Assembly (NCBI GenBank): GCA_023515725.1
Contig: JALDTO010000251.1
Span: forward strand, 806,001 to 870,000
DNA length: 64,000 nucleotides
Direction of reading: 5' to 3'
DNA from: Amoeboaphelidium protococcarum X5
Lineage: Eukaryota > Fungi > Aphelidiomycota
The position numbers were made by a program, and so were the translations under genes. Below are positions 38,652 to 50,540 of the stretch, piece after piece. The notes under the pieces were generated by a model. That model made no database searches, was not told the origin of the DNA, and was given only the letters and a program-made list of their open reading frames with translations. Position 1 is the first letter of the stretch, and every line of letters begins with the position of its first letter.

Positions 38652-39574
38652 ATTAAGTTCAATTAATACGAATGTGTGAGTATTAATTTACTGAATGTAA
38701 TATCCCTCACAAGCTCGTGAAATTACATTGTTCTAATTACTCTCACTTCGTTCGTGCAATATATTTGACAACAACAACACTCACTTCGTTCGTGTCATTG
38801 TTGTTTCAGAAAAAGAAGAAATTTCATTTATACAGTTTGATCACAGTTACTCTCGTCTTCTCAGATATCGAATCGGCTTGTTTCCGACATGAATTGGACA
38901 ATTCTTCTGCAAGCTTCTTTTTATTGCAGCAGTACTGATAGTTCAATTTTACTACACCATTACAGGACTGTTGGCCGCTCTTGATACAGAGGGCAATTCA
39001 GCAGTAGATGCGACATTGTTTCAAATTTCTCACCACATTCACAACCAGTAGATTTTCCGCCAATCCTACTAGTTACTGCGTTGATCGGCCCTTTATTTGT
39101 TCTAGACCAAGTCAGAAATTGCGACTATCTCGTCGATAAATCTTTATGCAAGCTTTCAACCTGGAACTTCTTCTCTTGAGATCTGGCCTTCTTCAGCTAC
39201 TTGACGCACTTTAACACCTAATTTGCCTTGGCAGGCTGAGCTCCTTGTGGCGTCCATCTGAAATGAACGTTAACTTTACCACAATTACTCGGGCAGACCA
39301 CATTTAGTTATGTACTCAGAGGATTTTGATCAGAGAGATGTGACCATCTCAGCATTGTGTCCTCAAATCTGATTTATCTAGATCTTTCCCAGTAAGACAT
39401 AGAACTCTCATGCATCAACTGTTCCACGGAGGTAGTAGGAAAAGCTTTGCATATAACTCTTGCACTGAGATTCACTACTCTTTGGAGCTATAATCTTTGA
39501 TGCTGTTTCAGAAAAAGGTGGCGCAACAATGGAATTTTCCGGCAATCGCACTCGGACGAGTGCAATTACCTATA
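38652..39574. mobile_element. Putative non-autonomous element with hairpin-rich ends enclosing a LINE fragment
   Basis: Stacked hairpins 38661-38805 with CTCACTTCGTTCGTG twice (38742, 38780); hairpin GGCAATCGCACTCG-GA-CGAGTGCAATTACC at 39541-39570; boundaries approximate. Confidence 0.5.
38861..39510 (-). pseudogene. 5'-truncated non-LTR retrotransposon ORF2 fragment (Tad1/I-like)
   Basis: LQRVVNLSARVICKAFPTTSVEQL (post-RT region), VHFRWTP, LTWSRTNKGPIN, CECGEKFETMSHLLLNCPLY (CCHC knuckle), VQFMSETSRF then TGA; no RT core. Confidence 0.85.
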
Positions 39575-39978
39575 CAAATCTGCTTCTCGATTGAATACTA
39601 TCGCGTGACTTGAATCGGCATGTGTACGTGAAGTATAGCTAATGAAGCTTTTGTAATACTTCAAGTCGTGTTCTTATCACCTTGGATCTATTGACTCAAA
39701 TGAACCACAGACTTGATATGTTGATTATACTGTACATATTCGTGTAACGAGTACTGCGCTAAACATCTTTCGTGTTTGTTGATCTTATAGTAAAGAAGAT
39801 ACAAGTTATTTTGCATGACCTTTATTGTATTAAATTTCCATTTTTATCATCAAGTTTTGCATTCCAGAATTTTTATATGACTTTGCACTGATCTTTTAAC
39901 TAAAGCAAGTGGTAAATGACTCTCAGTAAACTGATCCCATAACTGCTCTGTCCTTAAATCTAAACCACTACATATTCA

Positions 39979-42900
39979 TCAACCCCACACGTTGCGACGG
40001 GTCAGCATCTCCAGCAATACCACTCCACCAGCGTAAACATCTCCAGCAAAATACGACACAATTCTGTGCCCAATAGGAGTTGAATTGCGAAATTGATGCA
40101 GAATCTCAGGTGCCGCATAACTTATAGATGCACCTTTTATATTACCAGTTTAGAAAGCCTTAACTTTAAGCGTCTGCTCATCCACAATCTTTGACAATCC
40201 AAAATCAGTCAGTACCGAAAACAACATCCCACTGTGTGGATCAAAATCTAGCAAAATATTTGCAGGCTTTATGTCTAGATGTACAATACCGCTTGAATGC
40301 ATTATGAAGAGCGCCTATGAGAGAGTTTTCATCAGATACAGCATCTACGGCTTTGTATATCTAAACTGGTACGCCATCTTACTATCTCCGTGAATGTAAT
40401 CCTTCATGGACCCCAATTCATAAAATCGCAATAAGAGACCAGCAGGCTCTTCACTATACGCGTAAATATAAGCAAATCTAGGATCGTCTTTGAATCGGTA
40501 CATTATACTTAATTCCTGTAAGAAGATGGCTCGATTGTTATCAGACATACCCCGTGCACTGTCAGAGATTTATTTAAACAGCAGCTTTGTACCTGCTGGA
40601 ACTCTCTACTACAATGATGGGTTCAAAACTTCAGCCAAGTAGATAGAGCCAACACCACCCGTGGTCAATAGATAAGATGTTCTAAAATCTATTCCGCACT
40701 ATGCTAACATGAACGCTGGAACGGCAATTATATTGGATGCTACAAGAGTCGGTAATTGCATTTAAGTACCCGCATAAGCACCGGTATGAGTTACACTGTG
40801 AGACATGGTGGAAAGAGTGCTTTGATCCACCATCGATGATCCTTTAGTCTTTCTAGACATTGTACGCATTCTCCGCTTCATCACAAAGCATGTTGCTCCA
40901 ATTGCTATTAGCGCGATAACCGCGATGCCGGCGATTAACGCGTATGCGCCAACCATACTTAGGGATTGGTTTTAATTAGCTTAGACATCGAGGTTACCAG
41001 AGGAAGTTTGCGCTCCACCTTGAGAAGTGCCCAAATTACTTAGATAAGAGCCTTCAGAAAATTATAGAAACCCGTTATAAGAAGTAGATTGTTGCCTAAC
41101 AGTACGTTGTTTACTTGAAGACATTGAAATCGACTAACTAGTGGATACTAAGCCAGACGAACTAGTCAGAGAGGACACAGCCGAGGAGTCATTAGCGGAA
41201 GACATCATAGCAGACGTGGATGATCCATTCAATACCATCATTTAGTATTGAGTTGTGGCTAACGTAGAAGTAGTAGAGTTCCAGTAACTTGATAATAGCA
41301 TTTATGAAGTATCAGACGACTGAGCCAATACAGTTGATAATGAGGATGTACCAATAGATGTGACATTTGGAGTAAAAGTAGCACTAGATGTACTTGTAAT
41401 TGTTGTTGACGCAATAGTGGTTGACGCTGGAGTAATGCTAATGGTGCTGGTTGTCGTAGTGATGGGAATTGTACTTGTGGTGGTGGTAGTCGCTGTAGGA
41501 ATTGTACTTGTGGTGGTGGTTCTCGTCGTAGTCGTAGTCGTTGTAGTTATTGTTGAATTGGTAGTGGTTGAAGTCGTACTAGTCGTGGTGGTCGTTATCA
41601 TAGGAGTCGTCGTAGTCGTGGTGGTCGTTATCATAGGAGTCGTCGTAGTCGTGGTGGTCGTTGTGATAGGAGTCGTTGTAGTCGTGGTGGTCGTTATCAT
41701 AGGAGTCGTTGTAGTCGTGGTTGTCAGTAGATATGATGCCTAGTATGGAGCCAAAGTAGTAGCAACCAGAGTAAAATCCTTATTTACGAGCACAAACGCA
41801 TTTCCATTCAGCAGCAAATTACTGGCACCTACACCTATTACTGTACGATCATCGAGCATTGTAAGTGATGTGAATATCATTGCGTAATTATCCCCGATTT
41901 AATTTTCAAAGATACCGTAGTATAAGCCTCCACTGAAAGTTTACATATTCGTCATGAAAAACCAGCGATCATCTAGCCATGGATTAGTAGTACCGACTGA
42001 CATGACAATATTAGACGATTGATCGACTTGAATATCATATACTCTATCGTATCCTAGCTAACCATACACAAAAAATGAAGTATCCAATGTGCCATCCAAA
42101 CCATATCTTACCACAAGAGTAGCATTTTCATTAATAGAAGAAGCAATGGTCACATCGTAAGTGTAATAACCATTCCACGTTCCACCAGCATATAAGTAAC
42201 CACGGTGGAATTTCACGGTGTTGAACTCGGTCAAGACGTTAGTGAACAGAGTTCTCTACCATCGCAAAGTGAATATACCAGAGGACGGTACCGCATAGCT
42301 GGCCAGGAATCCCTAACGTTAATTAGATTACCACACGCTACCAGCAATGACAAGATTGAGATCATCCTGGTTGACTGAGGATCGAATCAAATCATCAACA
42401 CCAAGATCAATGACAATACGATTCAACTGGGCGCCACTGGATGCATTGATAGACATCACTTGACCATCCATACCACCAAATAAGCTCAGCGGATCATTCT
42501 TAGTCTATCCAGTCACTGTGATAAGATTTTTGACCGCAAACAGCTACACATTCCAGCCAATGTTCTCCAATCCCGATGTACCATACGTTTAAGTCCAAAC
42601 CACTGAGCCATTGTTAAGTAAACGCGATGCATACACATAGCCGTTAGTAGTATTCTTCACCTGACCAGTGACGTAGACATCACCAGTTTACTGATTCAGC
42701 GCAATACCATAAGGCATGTCGACACCGGAGACCAGTTGATTAGCTTTCCACGTAAACTGCCTCACAATGGAGCCATTTCTGGAAATCACCAGTATCATAC
42801 TGTTGAAAGTTGTTTTAGCCTAGCATGCAGCATAAGCAGTGTTGTCACCAACACGGGCAACCACAGAGTAGCAGTAGGTGGCCAAATTATTCACCAAAAA

Positions 42901-43050
42901 TTAATTGTTGGCAGAGCTGATGGACATTTCAAATTGCTCGATAGATTTGCCGATTAGTAGTTGAGCTTGTGCTTAAGTTGTCGCTCTATGAATAAGGATG
43001 AATAGTGTCAAAGTGGAAAGGAGATAAAGTAGGATAAGGATTCGCTACAG
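39979..43050 (-). CDS. Receptor-like protein kinase copy 2
   Basis: Same architecture as copy 1, frame intact, 67 extra stalk codons; start uncertain (CTG 43050 or ATG 42927). Confidence 0.88.
41450..41725 (-). repeat. Coding minisatellite, (P-M/I-I/T-T7-8)n mucin-like repeats
   Basis: Tandem 30-33-bp units such as GTAGTCGTGGTGGTCGTTATCATAGGAGTCGTC. Confidence 0.9.
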
Positions 43051-44004
43051 GTTGCCCGGCTCTTATTCTATTTATAGCCCAGCATATAATCTCAAACGAG
43101 CCAATCGTTTTTCAACTACTGTACAAAGCACCTTTGTTAGCAAGCACCTATTTTCCCGCAAACATTCAGGTGTGGAACAAAATAAATAATCCTATATGAT
43201 AACCTCACCTTATCGCAGTAATGGGGCATTTCAGTGGCAAAGATGCCTCCATAAGTCTGCGCATCATTCCCCGTTGAAAAGTAACTGTTTCAATTTTGCA
43301 ATTGATATAGATGTCACACAGAAGGATAGTAACGTACTGACTGAACGACTTTGTCACGCGTCTTACTAACTCTATGACGGGTTTTTCATAAGACTATAAT
43401 GTGATCCCGTGAGCCACTAAAGATGGTTAAATCTCGTCAAAAGTAAATATATATATATGAAGTCGATAGAATGTTCTCATTGTGATAAATGAACGAGAGA
43501 TCCAGGGATCAGCACCGTGATTAGGCAATCTAACCGATTTATACCAACATAAACTGGATTTCGGGCTGAATACATAAAAAGAAGTGAAAACTTTAAATCA
43601 ATGCTCTGATAACATATCCATCCATTACTGGTTACTATGCGAATCAGGTGGCGTGATTAAATGATTTGAATCTGGATATTGGTTTTAATCAATTAATAAA
43701 AGTGGTAAAACGTATAATAACGCCACTGTTTCAATTACAAGTTTTTGATTTAATGTTGTCGAATATAGAACTAGAACTATTGCAACTTAGTTATCTTTAT
43801 TTACTTTATCAAATGCCTCTGACGTGAGCTTCAATCAACAGCCGGTCGTTACATTGATTGCTCCACCTTACCAGTTCTCATTGCACAATTCATGTGTCAT
43901 CCATCATCCAAAACTTGAATAAATATCTATAAAGTTCATATATATATATATATATCATATACACACACTCATCATCATCATTGATTGTACAGTAGATGCA
44001 ATCT

Positions 44005-44415
44005 TCATTAACCGGAATATACCACGCAGTTATTCTCAGTCTCCCATAATTCAATTTTATCCAATGTTATAGTGGATGGAAGCTTTGAGGCAATCTCTTG
44101 GTAAAAGAAAACTGACAAATTTTCGGTGGTGGAAACTCGATCAGCAAACCACTCCACGTCCATGTCCAAGTGCATGTGATCAACTTGCTGCACCACTGAC
44201 TTTACAATCTACTTCAAGTCTGATATATTGAAGATCATACCTGTACTCTAATCTATTTCGCCAAGTATATGCACCAGGAGAGTGTAGTTGTGTCCATGTC
44301 CATTTGGGTTATTACACTTGCCATACAGCTCCCGGTTCTCTTCAACACTCATGGCTTTATTATGCAATCTATGAGCGCATGAGAAAGTCTCTCTCCTAAT
44401 AAGTCGGGCTTTCAT
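44005..44415 (-). CDS. PTS: 6-pyruvoyl-tetrahydropterin synthase
   Basis: FSCAHRLH, YGKCNNPNGHGHNY, DHMHLD, STTENL, ETENN. Confidence 0.96.
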
Positions 44416-44655
44416 TATTGTGATATTTCAATTACTGGTTCAATACGTATGTTATTATAATGATGATATAAAGTTCAATGAATAATAATGTTTAAAGAAC
44501 GAGAGTGAGAGAGAAACCAGGGGAAGATGATGGATGATATCTTTAAGCCAAGAATCCCACAGGTCGGAAAGAACGAGCGCAGCCTTGCAGGTCTTTAAGC
44601 CCGCGCTATCTCAACAGATCTCTTCTTAGTGACTCTCTCCTCTCCCCCCACTCAC

Positions 44656-44686
<31 letters not shown>

Positions 44687-44789
44687 CTATCTTTGACTGA
44701 GAAAGTGTCCAGTGGGCGTTTTTTATCCATCTTTAATTGTTTAACCAGTTTAGTTTATTTAAGTAAATTTTAAATAGCAAAATAGGGTT

Positions 44790-47741
44790 ATGGTGAAAAC
44801 TATTGATATTCCAGTTGAGAACGGATCTCAGGTTATTGGTGTTAGAGTGGATGAACTGCCTGATGATGCAGGTGAGATTATCGGTATTCTGGAGGATGAA
44901 TAGTGTAAAGAAGAGCTATGGATTGAGTTTGCAGTGGAGTATTATAAATAGGGCAAGCAGTAGAACTTTGTACTCTTCATTTAGGACGGTCTCAAGATGT
45001 ATCAGAATTCTCATGTCTTGAACACGTTGTACTCTGGATATCTTTTGAATCGTGCGATTGCTATGTGTGATTCTGTTATGACTTCAGGTAGTGGCCAGGA
45101 CACAGATGCATAGATGCTGGATAATTTGAAAAGCGGTTCTATTGCTTCCGTAGATGTACTGGTTAAGGATCTGCAGAGTCATCTTGGCACTATTGAGCGA
45201 TCAATGAAGGACCACCCGCAGACTATAGTGCTGAAAGGCTTCATGTATCTGTTAAAGTACTCTGCTGTGAATGCTCAGACTCAGTTTAAGACTGCTGATG
45301 AGCTACTGAGATAGTAGCGTAGTAAGTAAGTAAAGAAATCTGATAATTCTGATAGGCATTTAGCAATAGCCAGTCAACTCGGTATGGCTATTTGCAACTA
45401 TCTGTTGCATAATTATGAAGCTGCTCTGCACCAATTTTAGAATATCTTCAGAGAGAATCCTTAAATGGTTTATTAGAAGCGCGTCAATTTGTATCTCAGT
45501 ATTGGGTATTGTTGGCATTAGCTCAAGTGCTATGACAAGGCTCTGTTGTGTTTCCAGCGTTCACTGGCCGTATTTGGTGAAGGTGAACGTAATTTGCATT
45601 CTCTCTACATGGCCGCTCTGGTTAATTACAATATGGCCAAGAGCGATGAGAGTTAGCGCTAGTGTCTACCTGCTGCCATCAGCTATCTGAAGAAGGCTTA
45701 GGCATTGTGCACTAAATTGGATTCATCTGGCGGTAAGATTGTTAATTCTCCTGCGGTTGGTTTGTTATTGGGTCATGTACTGTTTACTAAAGGTGATTAT
45801 GAAAAAAGTATTACACTGCTGACCAAGTACATTGACAGCAGTATTAGAAATCCGTAGATGAAATGTCAATGTTTTGCTCTCATTGGTAAAGCGTATCATA
45901 AACTGCAAAAGTTTGAAGAGGCTTAGCTGAATTATCAGATGGCTATCGATGCTGATAAGAATGTGGATCCTGAAGTGTATTAAGGCTTGGCTCAGATTAG
46001 TTTTGGAAAGGGTAAATTTGGTGACGCGTTGAGATTTATTAAATTCTGCACTGATAAATAGTCGTTTAGTGAGAATCCACACTGCTACAAGTTGATGGCC
46101 TCTATAATGAGTAAAATTCCTGATAAAGCCGCAGAGTCCTAGAAGCTATTCTAAAAGTTCATTGATGTTGACGATGCTAATCAAGTGGAGATTCTGTTGC
46201 GTATTGCGGAAATGTCGTCCGACTATAAGGATATGGAGAATGTGTTGCGTAAAGCTTTGTCTACCCTGTAAGGCGATGATGAAAGGAAGTTGCTTGTAAT
46301 TAATAACTTGGCTTGTATCAATGCTTTTTAGCAAGATTATGACAACTCACAGAAAATGTTTGATTAGGCACTGGAATGTTTTGGTTCTCTCGCGGTCTAG
46401 AATCCCAATCTGGGGAGCATTTTCTTGACAATTTTGTTCAATATGGCTCGCATGATTGAAGATTCTGCGCATATGAAGTTTAGTGTGAATTAGGATGCTG
46501 TTTCTAGAGATATGTTGTTAGCAAAGGCTGATGAGTTGTACGCCAAGATTCTGTAAAAGTAGCCTGATCATGTTGATTCTATATTGCGCACCGCTTATAT
46601 CAAGGCAGCAAAGGGTCAAATATCCGAAGCATAGAAAGCTATATCATCAGCGTTATCTATTGCTGTTCCAGGGAGCGACTAAGGACCACCACCTGAAGTA
46701 GATACAGCTATTAATTGCATGCTTGCAAGTGCTTGGATTGATCAGGTAGTGTCTCACTCTAGTAATCCAAGTAAACTTTCTCGTCAGTTGTATGACAAGA
46801 TTCTAAAGTAGTACAAGTAGGATGATGTTTACAGTATGTGTTAGCTTGGTACTGATCGTCTGATGAATGCGCGACTTTTGGCATCCCAAAAGAGACCTGA
46901 ACAGTAGCAATAGCTGTAAGGATAGAAACAGCCAAAGATTACCACTTCCACAGATTTGTATAAAGATGCATCCAAGTGGTTTGACAGGTGTCTCAAGTTA
47001 GATCCTGGTTGTGTGTGGGCTGCGCATGGTATTGCTATTATTTTGGCCGAAAATGGCCATCTTGATAGTGCGGTGCAGGCGTTTTCAGCTGTGCATGATA
47101 GCTGTCTGGGACTGAATGTGTTTGGAGATTATCAGTCGATACCTTCAAAGTATCAAGTTAGTCTGAATTATGCTCATTTACTTGTTGAGATGGAGTAATA
47201 TTAGTCAGCTGTGGCTTTGTATGAGCAAGTAAATCAAGCTTTGGGAATGAAGAATGTTCAAGTCTTGTTGTATTTGGCCAGAGCTTATTATGTCCAGGCT
47301 AGAACTTTGAATGCTCCTGTGGAAATGAGTTTGTGTATTAAGGCAGTCACTGCGGCGCTTCAGTGTGTCCCCAAAGATTTGGCTATGTAATTCAATTTGG
47401 CATTGGCTTTACAGTAGTACGCGCAACTGGTTTGTGATTAGGAGTCGGACACGCGAAAGTTGGAAGATTTGGAGCAGGCTGAGTAGTCTATCCAGAGAGC
47501 AAAGCAAATGTTTGGAGAAATTAAAGTGTAGATGCGCTAATTACAGGATAAAGATAAGAAAATAGTTCACAACCTGGGCTTTGATGCCAAATTGGCAGAG
47601 TAGCGTGAAAAGCATTGCGATCACATTTCTAGTTCAGTAAGTAGAAAGTTGACTCAGCACCGTGCCAACATTCAATTGTAACAAGAACGTATGGCTGAGT
47701 TGAAAAAATTGAGAGAGGAGCGCGAATCGATGACACTCTGA
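44790..47741 (+). CDS. CTR9: PAF1 complex TPR subunit Ctr9 (C-terminal tail apparently missing)
   Basis: TIDIPV..DELPDD..EIIGILEDE...WIEFAVEYYKQG N-terminus, TPRs, WAAHGIAIILAE, LNYAHLLVE, LYLARAYY, FNLALALQ. Confidence 0.92.
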
Positions 47742-47861
47742 CTTAATATCAAGTATTTGGGATCAAATTTAAACTGATTCTACTTTAGAGGTATTTCCAT
47801 ACTGATCTTATTACAATCAGTAACTTTTTGGCATCGCCGCACATTGCGAGTTTTCGAGCTC

Positions 47862-48083
47862 TATCGCTCCAACTACTCTCAATCTGTAGCGAATAGCTAC
47901 TTCATATGTTAAATAGTTTTACGTTATTAAACTGAGTTTTGGTAAAGCCAAAGCAAATGAGGACAAGTTCGTCCTCAAACGCTGAAATTTGATCAACATG
48001 AGGACGAGTTGGTCCTCATCGTTGCCCCTTGAATGCGCAATCAAGACATATCGCTCAAACTACTCTCAGTCTGTCGCGAATAG
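47862..48083. repeat. 35-bp direct repeats enclosing two related hairpins
   Basis: 47862-47896 vs 48049-48083 match 32/35; hairpins TGAGGAC-n6-GTCCTCA at 47958-47977 and 47999-48018. Confidence 0.8.
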
Positions 48084-48694
48084 TGTAAGTTGATAGTCTG
48101 TATGATTTTTATGCCGTCAAACTCAGCCTGAGTGACGCTGTGTTGAATGAGGAATGTCCGCTAACGGATCGTGTGTTCGTCGACACGCTGCAGATTGTCC
48201 TCGCCGAATAATCAATCATAAAATGTCTAGAAGATTTTCAAACAGATCTCAAATCACTCACTCCCTGATATTCTTCGCTTGTAGTTGTGCTCTGTGCAGT
48301 ATCTGAGATTGAGTTCGTCACTTTAGCCATGTGGGCCCTTAATTGTTGGCGGGCTAGTTTCCGTTCGACAGCCTCCTTAGGATAGTTCTACTAGAGCGTA
48401 TCAAAGTCCGAGCACAGGAACTCGATTCGGTACGTAACAGCTTCTTCACCTTCAGGTGCGCAGTTGCTGTATTTTATTCCATATCGTTGTTTCCAGTGGT
48501 TGCCAATCCCGTGGGTGTTTGCAAGTCAATTTCCCGAGCGGGCTTAACTCATATAGAGTATAAAAAACTATATTTATCGTCGTTATGCACATCCATATGG
48601 ACTTTTTGTGGGAAAAACCGGGAACAGCTTCTATTAGGTTGTAACGATTTCAAAATCGCAGAATCGTCTTTCATTTTTGACCGTAACAACAAAG

Positions 48695-49036
48695 ATGGCG
48701 TACATCGAGTTTCGAAAGCGACGGTGTGAATTCAATGAAGACCACCTAAAAGAATTACTGCAGATTTTGTTGAGATGCATTAGGAAACGACAAGAGCTAG
48801 AGGCTGACCAAATTCAAGAAATGGTAGACAACGTGAGTGACTTCGTAGAGGCATTTAACTTTGCAAACCACTTGCCAAAATCTGAACATGATATTGATGT
48901 GCGAATTGCTTATAATGACGATGGTGATCGAATGGAATTGTTGGCTATGTCGATAGAGGCGCAAATGGAGCCGCTTACGGTTCCCTACTGCGTTTGTACC
49001 ATTGTTCTGAATGACGACGCATAGTTGATTGAGTGA
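48695..49036 (+). CDS. Small acidic orphan protein
   Basis: 113-codon ORF MAYIEFRKRRCEF... with protein-like composition; no family recognised. Confidence 0.55.
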
Positions 49037-49255
49037 GGATGTCATTTTAGCTGTGTTTGTGCAAATAAAATGATTAGTCTTCATCTTTTACGTTGTCTTC
49101 TATCAGGCTCAATACAATCACGCTCACAAATGTGTGTATCTTTTGTGTAGATTCTTCTGCCAATATAAATCTTCCATGTCTTGACTTTAACGCGGAACCT
49201 TCATTATTCTCGTCTCTTTCAGATACAGAAGAAATAGAAAAACCACCACTGCATT

Positions 49256-49839
49256 ATGCTCACAAATAGACAAAAATTGCGATTAAAAGTCGGCGCGCTC
49301 AGTGTGACTACAGCATGGTTTCTCATATGGTCAATGCAGCGATAAAAAGAATCACAGATCAAAGGCACGCCTCTGTTCAAGGGTGTGATGTATTAGTTGA
49401 GAACTGATCGCAGCGTGAAAAAGTGGATTGGCGAAGACGTGCAATGCATCAGCAGAAAGTCAGTCACGGGATACTTTTATGAGCTATTTGGAAAGAGTTA
49501 CGGCGAATCCTTGTTCGGATACGTGAACCACCTCAGAGGACGAGCATAATTGTAATTTACAGTAGAGGGCAGTAAAGGTATGAATGAATGATTGATTCCC
49601 ATAACGTCATCAACAATCAACATCTATGAGATCATGATCATCAATGTGTAGGAAAGGGACGCGTCGAAGTTTAGGCGGTGAAACAGTTGGGAGAACGCAA
49701 AGAGTGGCTTCTCAACAAGATGACTGTGGATGTGGCTGGAGAATAGATTCTGCGTCTTGATAATAACGACACTGTAGACAAATAACTGAAGACAGTTGAT
49801 ACATAAGAGGGGCTTTCTCCTCATAAAGCTATCCACTGA
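49256..49839 (+). CDS. COA1: Cytochrome c oxidase assembly factor Coa1-like
   Basis: TM helix, VMYQLRTD..VKKWIGE, GYVNHLRGRAQLQFTVEGSK/GKGRV; intron 49578-49651. Confidence 0.75.
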
Positions 49840-50540
49840 ATAGATTCTATTGTTTTCTGTACTAAATAGACATTTCAACATTATAGAATTTTAAAATTCA
49901 GACTTCCTTCTATGCATAGTGATATAAAATTTCGTTTTAAAGTTGGTGTATTTTCAGCTTGCCATAGACACAAAGTAATAGATCATCATGGAGTAAGAAA
50001 AGAGATGACGCTATATATAGGAAGATATAACCTTAAAGAAAATATCTGGTGACAAATATGGCGTTCAAAAGTCAGCAGATCAATGTGTGTATGTGTGGCT
50101 GAGTCTTCTCACCAATTCGAGAATGCCACACGTTGATCCCACCCATTCAATCCAAACAAACAGTTCCCTCTCGCACCCGCTGCTTGGCTTACAGAAAATT
50201 CAACGACCGTTCAGCCGCGCGCGTTTCTAATCTCATCCCATCAAGGAAGAAGAAGAAATCTGCCGAGCGATAAACACTTCACTTGGCCTCGTCTCTCTCT
50301 CTCACTCCGTTTTTGTACTGACCTACTCTGAAAGCTTAATTCTTATCCGGTAAGAATTGCTTAAAGTAAGTGGTTTTAGCTCAGTTAATAATTCAAGAAG
50401 ACTTATTTTGGTGCTTGTTTTGTTTGACAAATTGGTTAAGATTTCAGGTGGATTGTGTTAGCAGTATAGCCTATTACATTATAGAAGGTGGTATAGAAGA
50501 AGCACGTCATTATAACACCTACTACCATAATTCATAAATA

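Larger units (their letters stand above)
39576..43690. repeat. Segmental duplication, copy 2 (pairs with 31692-35593)
   Basis: Same sequence as copy 1 with scattered substitutions and a 201-bp longer Thr repeat. Confidence 0.97.

Noticed and set aside
41450-41725. CRISPR-like array
   Set aside because: Contiguous coding tandem repeats without unique spacers; eukaryotic context
44558-44585. SRP RNA helix-8-like CAGGTCGGAAAG
   Set aside because: No matching partner strand or surrounding fold; lies in a divergent promoter
47955-48020. Hammerhead ribozyme (ATGAGGAC...GTCC..AAAC)
   Set aside because: Lacks intact CUGANGA and GAAA core
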